The position numbers and the translations under genes are program-made. Of a stretch of DNA of 64,000 nt, positions 1 through 15,331 are shown one piece after another (position 1 is the stretch's first letter; each line of letters begins with the position of its first letter). Location: assembly GCF_009914755.1 (NCBI RefSeq), contig NC_060947.1, one strand, 5' to 3'. This stretch comes from the human T2T-CHM13v2.0 reference genome, Homo sapiens. The notes beneath the pieces are model-generated. The model saw only the letters and a program-made list of their open reading frames with translations. It did no database searches and was not told the DNA's origin.

Positions 1-425
1 AATAAGAGTCAAATGTCACCACTACAGAAAACCACCAAAATCACAATGATAACCGATAAGAGAGAAAGGAACAAAAGATATACAAAGCAAACAAAAACAG
101 TTAATATAATGAGAGGTATATGTCGTCACCTATCAATAATAACCTTGAATGTAAATAAATTAAATTTCCCAGTTAAAATATATAGAATGACTGAATAATG
201 AGATCAATTATATAAGATAGAACAATTCTAAATATGTATACACTCAATACTGAAGCACCCAGATATATAAAGCAAATATATCAAATCAAAAGGAAGAGAT
301 AGACTCCAATACAATTATAGTGGAGGACTTCAACAGCCTACCCTCATTAGACGGATATCGTCAGAAAATCAAAAAAAAAAAAAAAAAAAAAAAAGAAAGA
401 AACATTGGCTTTGAAATGCTCTGTA
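1..425 (+). mobile_element. Old L1 (L1M-type) fragment covering the start of ORF2 (endonuclease), with an internal A-run expansion at about 371-393
   Basis: Translation SIITLNVNKLNFPVK resembles the L1 ORF2p N-terminus (SILTLNVNGLNSPIK). 'gacttcaacagcc' and 'cagaaaatca...aaagaaacattgg' are L1 endonuclease-region motifs. Confidence 0.8.
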
Positions 426-690
<265 letters not shown>

Positions 691-2018
691 CTCATCCTTT
701 TTATGGCTGCATAGTTTTCCATGGTGTATATGTGCCACATTTTCTTGATCCAGTCTATCATTGATGGACGTTTGGGTTGGTTCCAAGTCTTTGCTATTGT
801 GAATAGTGCTGCATTAAACATACGTGTGCATTTGTCTCTATAGAATGATTTATAATCCTTTGGGTATATACACAGTAATGGAATTGCTGAATTGCTGGGC
901 CAAATGGTATTTCTGGTTCTAGATCCTTGAGGAATAGCCACACTGTCTTCCACAATGGTTGAACTAATTTACACTCCCACCAACAGTGTAAAAGCGTTCC
1001 TATTTCTCCACATCCTCTCCAGCACCTGTTGTTTCCTGACTTTTTAAAGATTGCCATTCTAACTGGCATGAGATGATATCCCATTGTGGTTTTGATTTGC
1101 ATTTCTCTAATGACCAGTGATGAGCTTTTTTTCATGTTCGTTGGCTGTATAAATGTCTTTTTTTTGAGAAGTGTCTGTTCTTATCCTTCACCCACTTTTT
1201 GATGGGGTTGTGTTTTTCTTGTAAATTTATTTAAGTTCCTTGTAGATTCTGGATATTAGCCCTTTGTCAGATGGATAGATTGCAAAAAACTTTCCCCCAT
1301 TCTGTAGGTTGCCTGATGATAGTTTATTTTGCTGTGCAGAAGCTCTTTAGTTTAATTAGATCCCATTGGTCAACTTTGGCTTTTGTTGCCATTGCTTTTG
1401 GTGTTTTAGCCATGAAGTCTTTGCCCATGCCTATGTCCTGAATGGTATTGCCTAGGCTTCCTTCTGGGGTTTTTATGGTTTTAGGTCTTATGTTTAAGTC
1501 TTTAATCTATCTTGAGTTAATTTTTTATAAGGTGTAAGGAAAGGGTCCAGTTTCAGTTTTCTGCATATGGCTAGCCAGTTTTCCCAACACCATTTATTAA
1601 AAAGGGAATCCTTTCCCCATTGCTTGTTTTTGTCAGGTTTGTCAAAGATCAGATGGTTGTAGATGGATGGCATTATTTCTGAGGCCTCAGTTCTGTTCCA
1701 TTGGTCTATATCTTTGTTTTGGTACCAGTACCGTGCTGTTTTGGTTACTGTAGCCTTGTAGTATTGTTTGAAGTGAGGAAGCATGATGCCTCCAGCTTTG
1801 TTCTTTTTACGCAGGATTGTCTTGGCTATCCGGGCACTTTTTTAGTTGCATATGAAATTTAAAGTAGTTTTTTCTAATTCTATGAAGAAAGTAAATGGTA
1901 TCTTGATGGAGACAGCATTGAATCTATAAATTACTTTGGGCAGTATGGCTATTTTCACGATATTGATTCTTCCTATCCATAAGCATGGAATGTTTTTCCA
2001 ATTGTTTGTGTCCTCTCT
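691..2018 (-). mobile_element. L1PA (about L1PA7) 3' segment: ORF2 C-terminal part and start of 3'UTR; distal 3'UTR and poly(A) missing
   Basis: Minus-strand ORFs match ORF2p ([10 protein letters not shown]..., [26 protein letters not shown]). Confidence 0.95.
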
Positions 2019-2647
2019 TCAACATATGCAAATCAATAAACGTAATCCATCACATAAACAGAACCAATGACAAAAACCACATGATTATCTCAATAGATGC
2101 AGAAAAGGCCTTCGATAAAATTCAACACTGCTTCATGCTAAAAACTCCCAATAAACTAGGTATTGATGGAATGTATCTCAAAATAATAAGAGCTACTTAT
2201 GACAAACCCACAGCCAATATCATACTGAATGGACAAAAGCTGGAAGCATTCCCTCTGAAAAATGGTACAAGACAAGGATGCCCTCTCTCACCACTCCTAT
2301 TCAACATAGTGTTGAAAGTTCTGGCCAGGGCAATCAGACAAGGGAAAGAAATAAAGCATATTCGAATAGGAAGAAAGGAAGTCAAACTGTCTCTGTTTGC
2401 AGATGACATGATTGTATATTTAGAAAACCCCATCGTCTCAGCCCCAAATCTCCTTAAGGTGATAAGCAACTTCATCAAAGTCTCAGGATACAAAATCAAC
2501 GTGCAAAAATCACAAGCATTCCTACACACCAATAACAGACAAACAGAGAACCATATCATGAGTGAACTCCCATTCACAATTGCTACAAAGAGAATAAAAT
2601 ACCTAGGAACACAACTTACAAGGGGTGTGAAGGACCTCTTCAGGGAG
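2019..2647 (+). mobile_element. Inverted 5' segment of the same L1PA, ORF2 reverse-transcriptase region (twin-priming inversion)
   Basis: Open frame containing [17 protein letters not shown] and LFADDM. It ends at 'gacctcttcagggag', about 30 nt upstream in L1 coordinates of where the minus segment begins. Confidence 0.92.
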
Positions 2648-3269
2648 GGCCTTTTAAGAAAGTATAAGAAACAGTGTTGAGACAGGCCTGCTTCAGAGAT
2701 CAATAGTACATTTGTATAATTGGAGAATTAGAGGCAAGGTATTGGGTCTCACTGAAACTAAATGGTCTTAATTGGATCTTGAGTGGTTTTCTGTCATAAA
2801 AACTTATTGATCTTCACCACTTTCCACCCAGAAATTAAAACACCAAATGGAACAACTCCATATGAGTTCAGTCTTTCAATTAGAGCACTCTACCTTATGA
2901 AGATTTAGAAATTAGTTGTTGAATCTTTTATGAAATATAAGGTGCTTACAGCTTGGTACTTTCTTCAGGTAAATATAAGTTCAAACATCCCAGTTTTTCT
3001 GAAAATAGCAACTATTTTATTAGGGCTCAATTTATTATATCGACTCATTTAGTGGGAAGACCTCTGGCATTCTAAACAATTTTGAACATACTCATAAACC
3101 TAGAAAATCAGCAAAAAAGCTACCCAAATGCCAAAGTAATGCTTTAAAGTGCAAGCACTTAATTCCATAAGAAAGGTTTTATTCAGCCATTACAAACTCT
3201 TTATATACTACACAAAATTATATCCAGGCTCTGAAAACACCTTCTTTCCCAGATCGACTGTAATTATCT

Positions 3270-3995
3270 TCTTTTAAACAACCATCAGTGATTACCTAAT
3301 TTCTAAAATAGCCCTCCTAACTGGTCTTCCTGTTTCTACTTGTTCCTTCTTATTTTTTTCTCAACACAATATTCAGGGTTATTTTTAAAAAATGTAAAGC
3401 TCCATCATATCACTCCTAAACTCAAAACCCTCCAATGCTTTCTCCATTCAATCAGAATAAAAGCCAAAAATTTTGAAATGTCTATCTAAGGCCCTAAATC
3501 ACCTGGACTCTGATTACTTCTTGATATTATCCCTTTTCCTTTCTCCTTGCCTCACTCTTTTAAAAACATGTGGACTTTCCTGCTGCTCCTTGAACCCAAC
3601 AAGCTTGCTTCTACCTTAGAGTCCTTTCTCTGGGTGATCTGTCTACATCAAGAGCTCTTCCCTTTAATTTCTACACAATTCCCTCCTTCACTGCTTTCAG
3701 GTGTTTGCTCAAAAGTCAATATCTGAATAAACTTTCCCTGAGCCAGATGTTTTTAATTATATTACCCTTATTATCCCTGAAACCTCCATTCCCTTTCCTA
3801 CTTTGTTTTCCTCTATAGCGTTTATCAATATGTGAGATATCATCTATTTTATTTGGCAAGTGTTTGTCTTGCTCCATTTGAATATAAGCTTCATAAAAAC
3901 ATAGATTTTCTTTTTCTTTTTTGGTTGCTGCTGTATCCCAAAAAAAGCTAGGCCAGTGCCTGACATATACATGCAATACATACTTTTGCATAGAA
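3270..3995 (+). mobile_element. L2 3' fragment
   Basis: 'ctcctaactggtcttcctg', 'ctcaaaaccctccaatg' and terminal 'cagtgcctgacata...' are typical of the L2 3' end. Confidence 0.7.
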
Positions 3996-4448
3996 AGGGA
4001 AGAAAATAAAAAAGAAAGCGAGGAAGAAACAGAGACAGTAACAATATTTCCGTATGTGCAGCACTTACATGTATATATATGATATATAGATATTATTCAA
4101 GTTTTGCTGCCAAATTAAACTTTCTAAAAGGTTATAAGTATTTTGAAAAAAAATCTAATGCATGCCTGATAATCTCAGGATGAAACGTTTAGCAAACTTT
4201 TTCACTATACTGTCGCATTCTGCCACATACACAATAAATTCCCTAAACACGCCATACCCATTCACATGTTACTCCAGATATACCTAATCGTTTACAGCTT
4301 CATAAGTACAAAGTAATATTTCAAACATTAGTGCTTTACATAAGATGTTCTTACTTCCAGGAATCCCATTTCCCTTGCCCTTCAGTTAAAGAACTCTTAT
4401 TTGTATGTCCTAGGTAAGTCCTTTCAGAATTCATTTTAAAATTTTCTT

Positions 4449-4852
<404 letters not shown>

Positions 4853-5540
4853 CTCTTTAAGTACTGCCTTTATGATTGTCATCCATGCTTGCCTCTGTCA
4901 CAGCAATAATATTCATTATTTCAAATTAATTTGTGTCTCCAGTATACTAAGCAGTAATACACTCCATTTTAATCACCTTCTTCCTTTCCTGGTAAATCCT
5001 ATAGTCCCACTACAATACTTGAGATAAATCAGTCTGTAATTTTACTAAGTGAATAAAAAAGTAAGTAAAAGGATTCCTTTTTGAATGACAAGTTACATTT
5101 ATTTAGGCGAACAAGATAGAGTAGCATTAGTACATGATAAATGTGTTTCATATCGCTGGGAAACATAGACATTGTTTAATAAACATTAGCCATTTTAAGA
5201 AAAAACTTACATTAAACCACATAATGAAATAAAGTACATGCTAATTAAAGATTTTAATATCGATAATAAATACATTAAGATATTAAAGATTAAATCAGTT
5301 TTTCAAATCTTGCAGTAGAGAAAGCTTTCATGAAAATGACACCAAAGGGAAATTCACAAAAGACTAACAGATTTTTTTACTATGTAAAATTTTTATGCAT
5401 CGAAAAATAAAAACAAATGTACCATATTCAAAAAGAAACATATAAGAGTGAAAGCCATAATGATCTTATTATGTAAGATCCTGTATGAATAAGTTAAAAA
5501 GTATTCCATGTAGAAAACAAGGAACATGAACAGATAATTC

Positions 5541-7606
<2,066 letters not shown>

Positions 7607-7639
7607 ATGAACACATAATTCTTTAAAAAATATAGATGG

Positions 7640-8824
7640 CTGCAAAAAAACGTAAGAATACAGCTATCTCTTCAATATATTGATTTTCTTTCTTTTGGGT
7701 ATATACCCAGAAGTGGGATTGTTGGATTATGTGGTTGTTCAATTTTTAGTGTTTTGAGCAACCTCCAAACTGTTCTCCATAGTGGTTGCACTAATTTACA
7801 TTCCTACCAACAGTTTTACGAGGGTTCCCTTTTCTTCTTATTTTTATTATACTTTACGTTTCGGGATACATGTGCAGAACCTGCAGGTTTGTTACATAGC
7901 TATACACGTACCATGGTGGTTTGCTGCAACCATCAACCCGTCATCTACATTAGGTATTTCTTGTAATGTATTGCTTGTCTTTTGAATATAAACCATTTTA
8001 ACTGGGGTAAGATGATATTTCATTGTAGTTTTGATATGCATTTCTCTGATGATCAGTGATGCTGAGCAAATTTTCATATGCCTATTTTCCATTCATATGT
8101 CTTGAGAAATGGCTATTGAAATCTTCTGCCCATTTTCTGATAGCAATTTAAGACTTTTCCTATAGAGTTGTATGAGCTCCTATATTCTGGTTATTAATCC
8201 CTTGTGAGATGGGTAGTTTGCAAATGTTTTCTTCCATTCTGTGGGTTGTCTCTTCACTTTGTTGACTGTATCCTTGACTGTGCAGAAGCAACCTAAATGT
8301 TTATTGACAGATGAATAGGATAAAGAAAACGTGGTACATATACCCAATGGAGTACTATTCAGCCATAAAAAACAATGAGATCTAGTCGTCTGCAACAACA
8401 TGGATGGAACTGTGTATTATTTTAAGTAAAATAAGCCAGGCACAGAAAGACAAACATTGCATATTCTCACTTGTCAGATCTAAAAATTAAAACAATTGAA
8501 CCCATGGACATAGAGAATAGGAGAATGGTTACCAGATGCTGGAAAGGGTAGTGGAAGGCTGGGCTTGGGGTGAGCATGATTAACAGGTACAAAATAAATA
8601 GAAAAAATAAATAAGACCTACTATGTGATAGCACAATAGGGTGACTATAGTCAATAATAGCTGAATTGTACGTTTTAAAATAAAGAATATAATTGGATTG
8701 TTTGTAACTCAAAGAATAAATGCTCGAGGGGATGGATACCCAATTCCTCATGATGTGCTTACTTCACATGGTACCCCTTAAGTATATAGATCTACTATGC
8801 ACCCATAAAGATAAAAAATAAAAT
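7640..8824 (+). mobile_element. L1MA1-3-like insertion with 5' inversion: minus segment 7640-8289, plus 3'UTR 8285-8824
   Basis: TSD atatagatgg (7630-7639 / 8825-8834). 3' end 'gaggggatggataccc...ctactatgcacccataaagataaaaa'. Strand switch at 'gcagaagc|aacctaaatg'. Confidence 0.88.
7836..7968 (-). mobile_element. Short L1PA7-like 3'-end fragment nested in the L1MA
   Basis: 'ttattatactttacgtttcgggatacatgtgcagaac...catcaacccgtcatctacattagg'. Confidence 0.85.
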
Positions 8825-9196
8825 ATATAGATGGTAATAAATACATAATGTGGACTCCAAATACAAATCAAAGAATACACACATTTAAGGGATGTCTTTT
8901 TTCACCTATCTAACTTACTAAAAAATTAATGAATTATATCTAATGCTGGATATAATATGGAGAAAGAGCGGGTAGAAACATCTAGACCATGTTTTCAATG
9001 CAATTTGGTAGTGCTTGTCAAGTCTTAAAAATATGTGTTTCCATGAAATCCAGACATCATAATTTATCATAAACATGAGCTAGTATCCAAAAAGTTTAGC
9101 ACACTGATATTCATAATCCGGAAAATTGTAAATGAATTGTCCAGCATTGAGGTATTCATTAAATAGATCGGTATATCCACTCACTGGAATATTAAT

Positions 9197-9437
9197 ACAG
9201 AGGCAGTACAGCATTGTGGTTAAAAGTCAAACTGACGTATATCTGACTCCAAGCCTTCCCATGTACTATCTGTGGGCCTCTGCACATTTTTCTTAACTTC
9301 TTAGCTTCAGTGGTCCCATATATAAAATGGAAATAATACTGGAACATAATGCATAGGTTCGTAGAGAAGATTAAATACATCAATGTTTATAAACCACACA
9401 GCACAGTGATGCATAATAAGTACTATATAATATTATT
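9197..9437 (+). mobile_element. MIR, near full length
   Basis: 'ggcagtacagcattgtggttaa', core 'ttaacttcttagcttcagt...ataaaatggaaataata' and 'aagattaaat'. Confidence 0.75.
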
Positions 9438-11509
9438 AAAATATTGAGGAGAAATATTTCATGACTTGGAAATATATTTGCACTTTATTATGGGGAGAAG
9501 CATTATAAAATAGATAAAAATTTTTTAATGAAATATATATGTCTCAAAACGTTTAATCCATATTATTGTCCGTATCTGGATTTTTTGAGTATAAGCTTTC
9601 CTCTTCATAAAGCAGTGTGACTCTTCAAACACAAGAATATTTCAGGTGTATCAATTAATCAGCTAGGACTCAGTAATAATTTACCTATTATATACAAATG
9701 GTTTCTATGCTTGGAATGAAAAATCAGGAATTAGAAAACAGGAGATTTAATGTCCATATTGATGTCTATATAGACCACACTTTTCTGCTTTCTTCTAGAA
9801 ATTTTCTTTAATTTTAAAATTGTAATCTTTAATTTATTAAATTATTTAAATCTATGTTCCTCAAGTATCCAATATTCTCAGGTAACATATATTGACTTTC
9901 AAACTGATAAGTTTATAGGAAACCAAAATATAAAACATTAAGAAAAATAAAAATCTGAGTGTATATAGCTTATTTGGAAAGCACAAAGCACTAGTTGGAC
10001 AATGGGTACAGAGAATGAATGACAATAAGGAGGGATATGGTAATAAGTAACATATCACAATAGTTGAATGGAAATTAGTCATGTTTTAAACCCTACCAAA
10101 GGTATAAAATCTTTCTCAGAATCTTTGCATTGGAACTGTGATGGAACTTTCAAGAAACATCGAGGTTGCTCAGAGGGATAATTTACCAACACTTTAGGCT
10201 AGCTATGTGTGTCAACAGAGCAACTTTTGATGGTTCCAAAGGGTAGGAAAAAAATTAAAGAATTTTTAAGATTAAAATATATATGTCCATGAGCTAGACA
10301 AAGATTTCTTAGATACAAATTTATTAAAAGTGCGGAGTATTTTTTAAATGACAAATTGAACTTGTTCAAAATTGAAAACCATTGTTTGTCAAAAGACACC
10401 ATTACAAAAATTAAAAGATGACATCAGTAAAAATTGCAGAGTAAGTAAATACAAACTTTGGCCCTCCATAAAAGCAACAACAAAATCTAGGAAAGAACTG
10501 TCTGATTCAACTTTTACAAACTTTATAAATTAAGTAAACTATAGCAGCAAACTGGGGAATCGTTATTCAAGAAATAAGGCTTATTTTTGGTAATTACAGC
10601 TTTTTTTCATTTTGTGATGTTTTACGTTACACCATTCCCATTATCCATCATCCACTTGCCAGCTCAGCAGAAAGACCAGTGCACATTCCTGGTACCAAAG
10701 AGAGAAGACCAGACCACATTCAAAAAACTCAGAACTAATTTCATGTTGTGACATGTCTGGGACTGAGACCAGTGGGATACCATCAAGTAGAAAAACACAC
10801 ACATAATAAATACCCAGAAGAAGAAGAGAAAGATAATTCATCAGGAAGATATAATAATTATAAATGCATATGCACCTAGCAATAGAGCCTCAAAATACAT
10901 GAAGCCAAAACTGACAGAATTTAAGTGAGAAACAGTTCAACTAACATTACTGAAGACTTCGATACCCCCCATTCAACAAGGAATAGAAAAACTAGACAGA
11001 TCACCAAATAAACATAAGGCTTAAAGAACATTATATAACAACTATACCTATACGTAACTGGTATCTATAGAACATTCAATCCAAAAAGAGCATATTTGGA
11101 TAATTCATAAATATGTTATAACTAAAACAATCTATTCCCAATTAATTAATAAGACAAGGAAGAAATTATAATGGAAATCAGATGATACTCTGAAAAGAAT
11201 AAAAACCAAGACTAAAATACAATATACATACCAAACTTTGGAGATTCAGGAAAGCAGTGCTCAAGGAAATTTCTTAGCTGGAAATGCTTTTATTTAAAAA
11301 TAATTAAGATCTCAAATCAATACCTAACTTTACACCTGACAAAACTAGAAAAAGAGCAACCTCAACCCCAAATTAAAGAAAGGAAGGATAAAGGTTAGAA
11401 CAGAAATAAATGATATAGCTAACTAAAAAAATAATATGATCACAAAAAGCAATAGTTGGTTCTTGGAAAGGTAAACGCAGTTGACAAAACTAGCTATTCT
11501 GACCAAGAA

Positions 11510-11640
11510 ATGAGAGAGAGACAGAAAGAGTGAGAGAGAGAAGAAGAAAAAGGAGGAGGAAGAAGAGGAAGAAAAAGGAGGATGAGAAAGGAAGAGGAAG
11601 GAAGGAGGGAGGAAGAGGAGGAGAGAAGAGAGAGACAGAC
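11510..11640. repeat. GA-rich polypurine tract (GAA/GGA/GA mix)
   Basis: About 130 nt of almost pure purine on the + strand. Confidence 0.9.
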
Positions 11641-11804
11641 AAGATTCAAATTGTTAAAATCAGGAATGAAGTGGGGAACATTACCAACCACCTTACGGAA
11701 GTATTGTTAAACATACACTTAACATATGATCCAGGAATTTGAATTTGGGGTATTTATCCAAAGTAAATGAATATGAATTTCCACATAAATCTTACAAGCT
11801 AATA

Positions 11805-12032
11805 CAGTTTGAATATTCATAATCTGAAAATCCAAAACCTGAAATGCTTCAAAATTCAAAACTTTTGAGGCATTGATACGATGCTCAAAGAAAATGCTCA
11901 CTAGAGCATTTTAGACTTCAAATTTTTGGATTAGGAATGCTCAACCAGTAAGTTTAAAATGCAAATTTTGTAAAATCTGAAATTTGAAACACTTCTGTTG
12001 CCAAGAATTTTGGATAAGGGATACTTATCCTG
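11805..12032 (+). mobile_element. Tigger4a (MER46-type) MITE
   Basis: TA-flanked, with TIR-like ends cagtttgaatattc / ggatacttatcctg and internal 'gaaaatccaaaacctgaaatgct' repeats. Confidence 0.85.
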
Positions 12033-12416
12033 TATTTATAGCAGCTTGATTAATAGTAGCTGAATATATGAACTATCCCAAAGCTCCATCAGCTTTTAAA
12101 GGGATAAAGAACATGTTAAATTGATAGAATAGCAACTATGGAAGAAAACTCAAAAACATTATGTTAAATTAAAGAAACCAGATACATAAGATAACATATA
12201 TAATTTCATTTAAATTATATCCTAAATAAGTCAAATCATTAGTGACAGAAAGATCAGAGATTGGTTGTGTCAAGAGGTGGAGATTGATTGCGAAGCAGAA
12301 AGAGGGATGAGGAAATTTTCTAAATCATTATTATGGTGATGACATAATGTGTTTATACATAGAAAAAAACTCATTGATATGCACTGAAAATTCATCAATT
12401 TTAAAACTATACCCCA

Positions 12417-12714
12417 CTGTAATCTTAGCACTTTGGGAGGCCAAGGTGGCAGATTGCCTGAGCTCAGGAAGTCGAGACCAGCCTGGGCAACATGGTGAAA
12501 CCCCGTTTCTACTAAAAATACAAAAAAAAAAGTTAGCTGAGTGTGATGTACATGCCTGTAGTTTCATTTACTCAGGGGACTGAGGCAAGAGAATTGCTTG
12601 AATCTGGGAGGTGGAGGTTGCAGTGAGCTGACATTGCGCCACTGAACTCCAGCCTGGGCAAGAGCAAGACACTGTCTGCCCCCCAAAAAATAAAAACAAA
12701 AAAAACAAAAAAAC
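12417..12714 (+). mobile_element. AluS, 5'-truncated by about 20 nt
   Basis: Perfect 14-bp TSD aaaactatacccca (12403-12416 / 12715-12728). Confidence 0.92.
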
Positions 12715-12749
12715 AAAACTATACCCCAATAAAACTGTTAAAAATATCA

Positions 12750-13148
12750 CTTACAAATTCTGCCATCAAAGTAGATACCTACCCTTTGAAAATGTGAGTT
12801 TGCCACTCTTTTAATCAAGAGATGGATTTTATTTCCCCACAGCTTGGTTTTGGGCTGGATCACATAATTTGCTTTGGCCAGAGATACAAGAAATGATACA
12901 TATTCAGATACTTAAAGAGTTCTGCATTTGGTATTGCCCCCAACTTACTGCTGAGACCATGAAACTATCATGTGATGGAACCCAGGCAAACTTACTGGGT
13001 GATGAGACAATCATCACCCCAGCTGACACTAGAGTCCTACAATCTTATCAATATATTCTTCAGCCCCAGCTGACCCAGGCTAAATGTAAGTGATCACTCA
13101 GCCAACTCACATAACCTCAGAAACAATAAATCTTGGTGTTTTAAACCA
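12750..13148 (+). mobile_element. MLT1-family LTR, 3' end missing
   Basis: 'ccactcttttaatcaagagatgg', 'tttgctttggcca' and 'aataaatcttggtgttttaaacc'. Confidence 0.55.
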
Positions 13149-15331
13149 AGGACTCACAATCACGATGGAAGGCAAAAGGCACATCTTACGCGGCAGCAGA
13201 CGAGAGAGAGCGAGAGCCAGGTGAAAAGGGAAACACCTTATAAAACCATCAGATCTCATGAGACTTATTCACGACCACGAGAACAGTATGGGGGAACTGC
13301 CCCCATGATTCAATTACCTCCCACCAGGTCCCTCCCACAGTGTATGGGAATTATGGGAGCTACTACTCAAGATGAGATTTTGGTGGGGACACAGCCAAAT
13401 CATATCATTTTACCCCTGGCCCCTCCCAAATCCCATGTCCTCACATTTCAAAACCAATCATGTCTTCCCAACAGTTCCTTAAAGTCTTAACTCATTTCAG
13501 CATTAACTCAAAAAGTCCACAGTCAAAAGTCTTATCTGAGACAAGGAAAGTCCCTTCTGTCTATGAGCCTGTAAAATCAAAAGCAAGTTACTTAGTTCCT
13601 AGATACAATGGGGGTACAGGCATTGAATAAATACTCCCATTCCAAGTGGAAGAAATTGGTCAAAATGAAGAAGATAAAGTCCCCATGCATGTTGAAATCT
13701 AGCAGGGCACTCAAATCTTAAAGCTCCAAAATGATCTCCTTTGATTCCATGTCTTACAACCAGGTCATGCTGATGCAAGACGTTGGCTCCCATGGACTTG
13801 GGCAGCTCCACCCTTGTGGCTTTTCAGGGTACAGTCCCACTCTTTGCTGCTTTTATGGGCTGGCATTGAGTGTCTGCAACTTTTCCAGGTGAACAGTGCA
13901 AGCTGCCAGTGAATCTACAATTTGGGGGTCTGGAGGATGGTGGCCCTCTTCTCACAGCTCCACTAGGCAGTGCATCAGTAGGGACCCCATGTAGGGGTCA
14001 ACCCCACATTTCCCTTCTGCACTGCCCTACCAGGGGTTCTCCATGACGGCCCTACCCCTGCAGCAAACTTGTTCCTGGACATCCAGGCATTTTCATACAT
14101 CTTCTGAAATCTAGGCAGAGGTTCCCAAACCCCAATTCTTGATTTCTGTGCACCTGCAGGCTCAACACCACATGTAAGCTGCCAAAGCTTGGGGCTTGCA
14201 ACATCTGAGGCCATGGCTCAAGCTGTACCTTGGCCCATTTTAGCCATGGCTAGAGCAGCTAGGAAGCAGGGCACCAAGTTCCTAGGCTGCACATAACAGG
14301 GGGGACCTGGGCCTGGCCCAAAAAACCATTTTTTCCTCCTAGGCCTCTGGACTTGTGATGAGAGGGGCTGCCACAAAGTTCTCTGACATGCCCTGGAGAC
14401 ATTTTCCCCATTGTCTTGGAGATTATCATTTGGCTCCTCATTACTTATGCAAATTTCTGCAGCTGGCTTGAATTTCTCATCAGAAAATTGTTTTTTTTTT
14501 CTATCGTAACATCAGGCTGCAACTTTTCCAAAATGTTATGCTCTGTTTCCCTTTTAAAACTGAATGCTTTTAACAGCACCCAAGTCACCTCTTGAATGCT
14601 TTGCTGCTTAGAAATTTCTTCCACCAGATACCCTAAATCACCTTCCTCAAATTCAAAGTTCCACAAATCTCTGGGGCAGGGGCAAAATGCCGCCAGTCTC
14701 TCTGCTAAAATATAGCAAGAGTCATGTTTACTACAGTTCCCAACACGTTCCTCATCTCCATCTGAGACCACATCAGCCTAGATTTCATTGTCCTTATCAT
14801 TATCAGCATTTTGGTCAAAGCCATTCAAAAAGTCTCTAGGTAGTACCAAACTTTCCCACATTTTCCTGTTTTCTTCTGAGCCCTCCAAACTGTTCCAACC
14901 TCTGCCTGTTACACAGTTCCAAAGTTGCTTCCACATTTTTGACTATCTTTACAGCAGCACCCCACCTCTTGCACCAACTTACTGTATTACTCCACTTTCA
15001 CATTGATAAAGACATACACAAGGCTGGCTAATTTATAAAGAAAAAGAGGTTTAATGGACTCACAGTTCCACGTGAGTCATAATCATGGCAGAAGGCAAAA
15101 GGCACATCTTACATGGTGGCAGACAAGAGAGAATGAGAGTCAAGCAAAGAGAGAAACACCTTATGAAACCATCAGATCTCGTGAGACTTATTTACTATCA
15201 CGAGAACAGTATGGGGGAAACCACACCCACGATTCAATTACCTCCCACTGGGTCCCTCCCACAACATGTGGGAATTATGGGAGCTACAAGTCAAGATGAG
15301 ATTTGAGTGGGGACACAGGAAAACCATATCA
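13149..15331 (-). mobile_element. THE1C (MaLR) provirus: truncated 3' LTR 13149-13407, internal region 13408-14982, 5' LTR 14983-15331
   Basis: Two similar LTRs ending 'catatca' on + (TGATATG start on minus), THE1-internal sequence between them, and a purine tract adjacent to the 3' LTR. Confidence 0.92.

Larger units (their letters stand above)
10820..12750 (+). mobile_element. Old L1 (L1MC/MD-like) with internal deletions; ORF2 5' part joined near 11705 to ORF2 end/3'UTR
   Basis: 'tatgcacctagcaatagagcctcaaaatacatgaagcc', 'gatctcaaatcaatacctaac', 'aaaatcaggaatgaagtggggaacattacc' and 3'UTR 'gtgacagaaagatcag'. Confidence 0.7.

Noticed and set aside
2197-2703. 168-aa minus ORF and similar ORFs at 6174-6455 and 48350-48739
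   Set aside because: These are antisense frames of L1 ORF2, which recur in many L1 copies.
11494-11742. Arg/Lys/Glu-rich and Ser/Leu-rich ORFs
   Set aside because: They are translations of the GA-rich simple repeat.
13221-15306. Cluster of ORFs of 60-108 aa
   Set aside because: All lie within THE1C LTR or internal sequence and are decayed MaLR frames.
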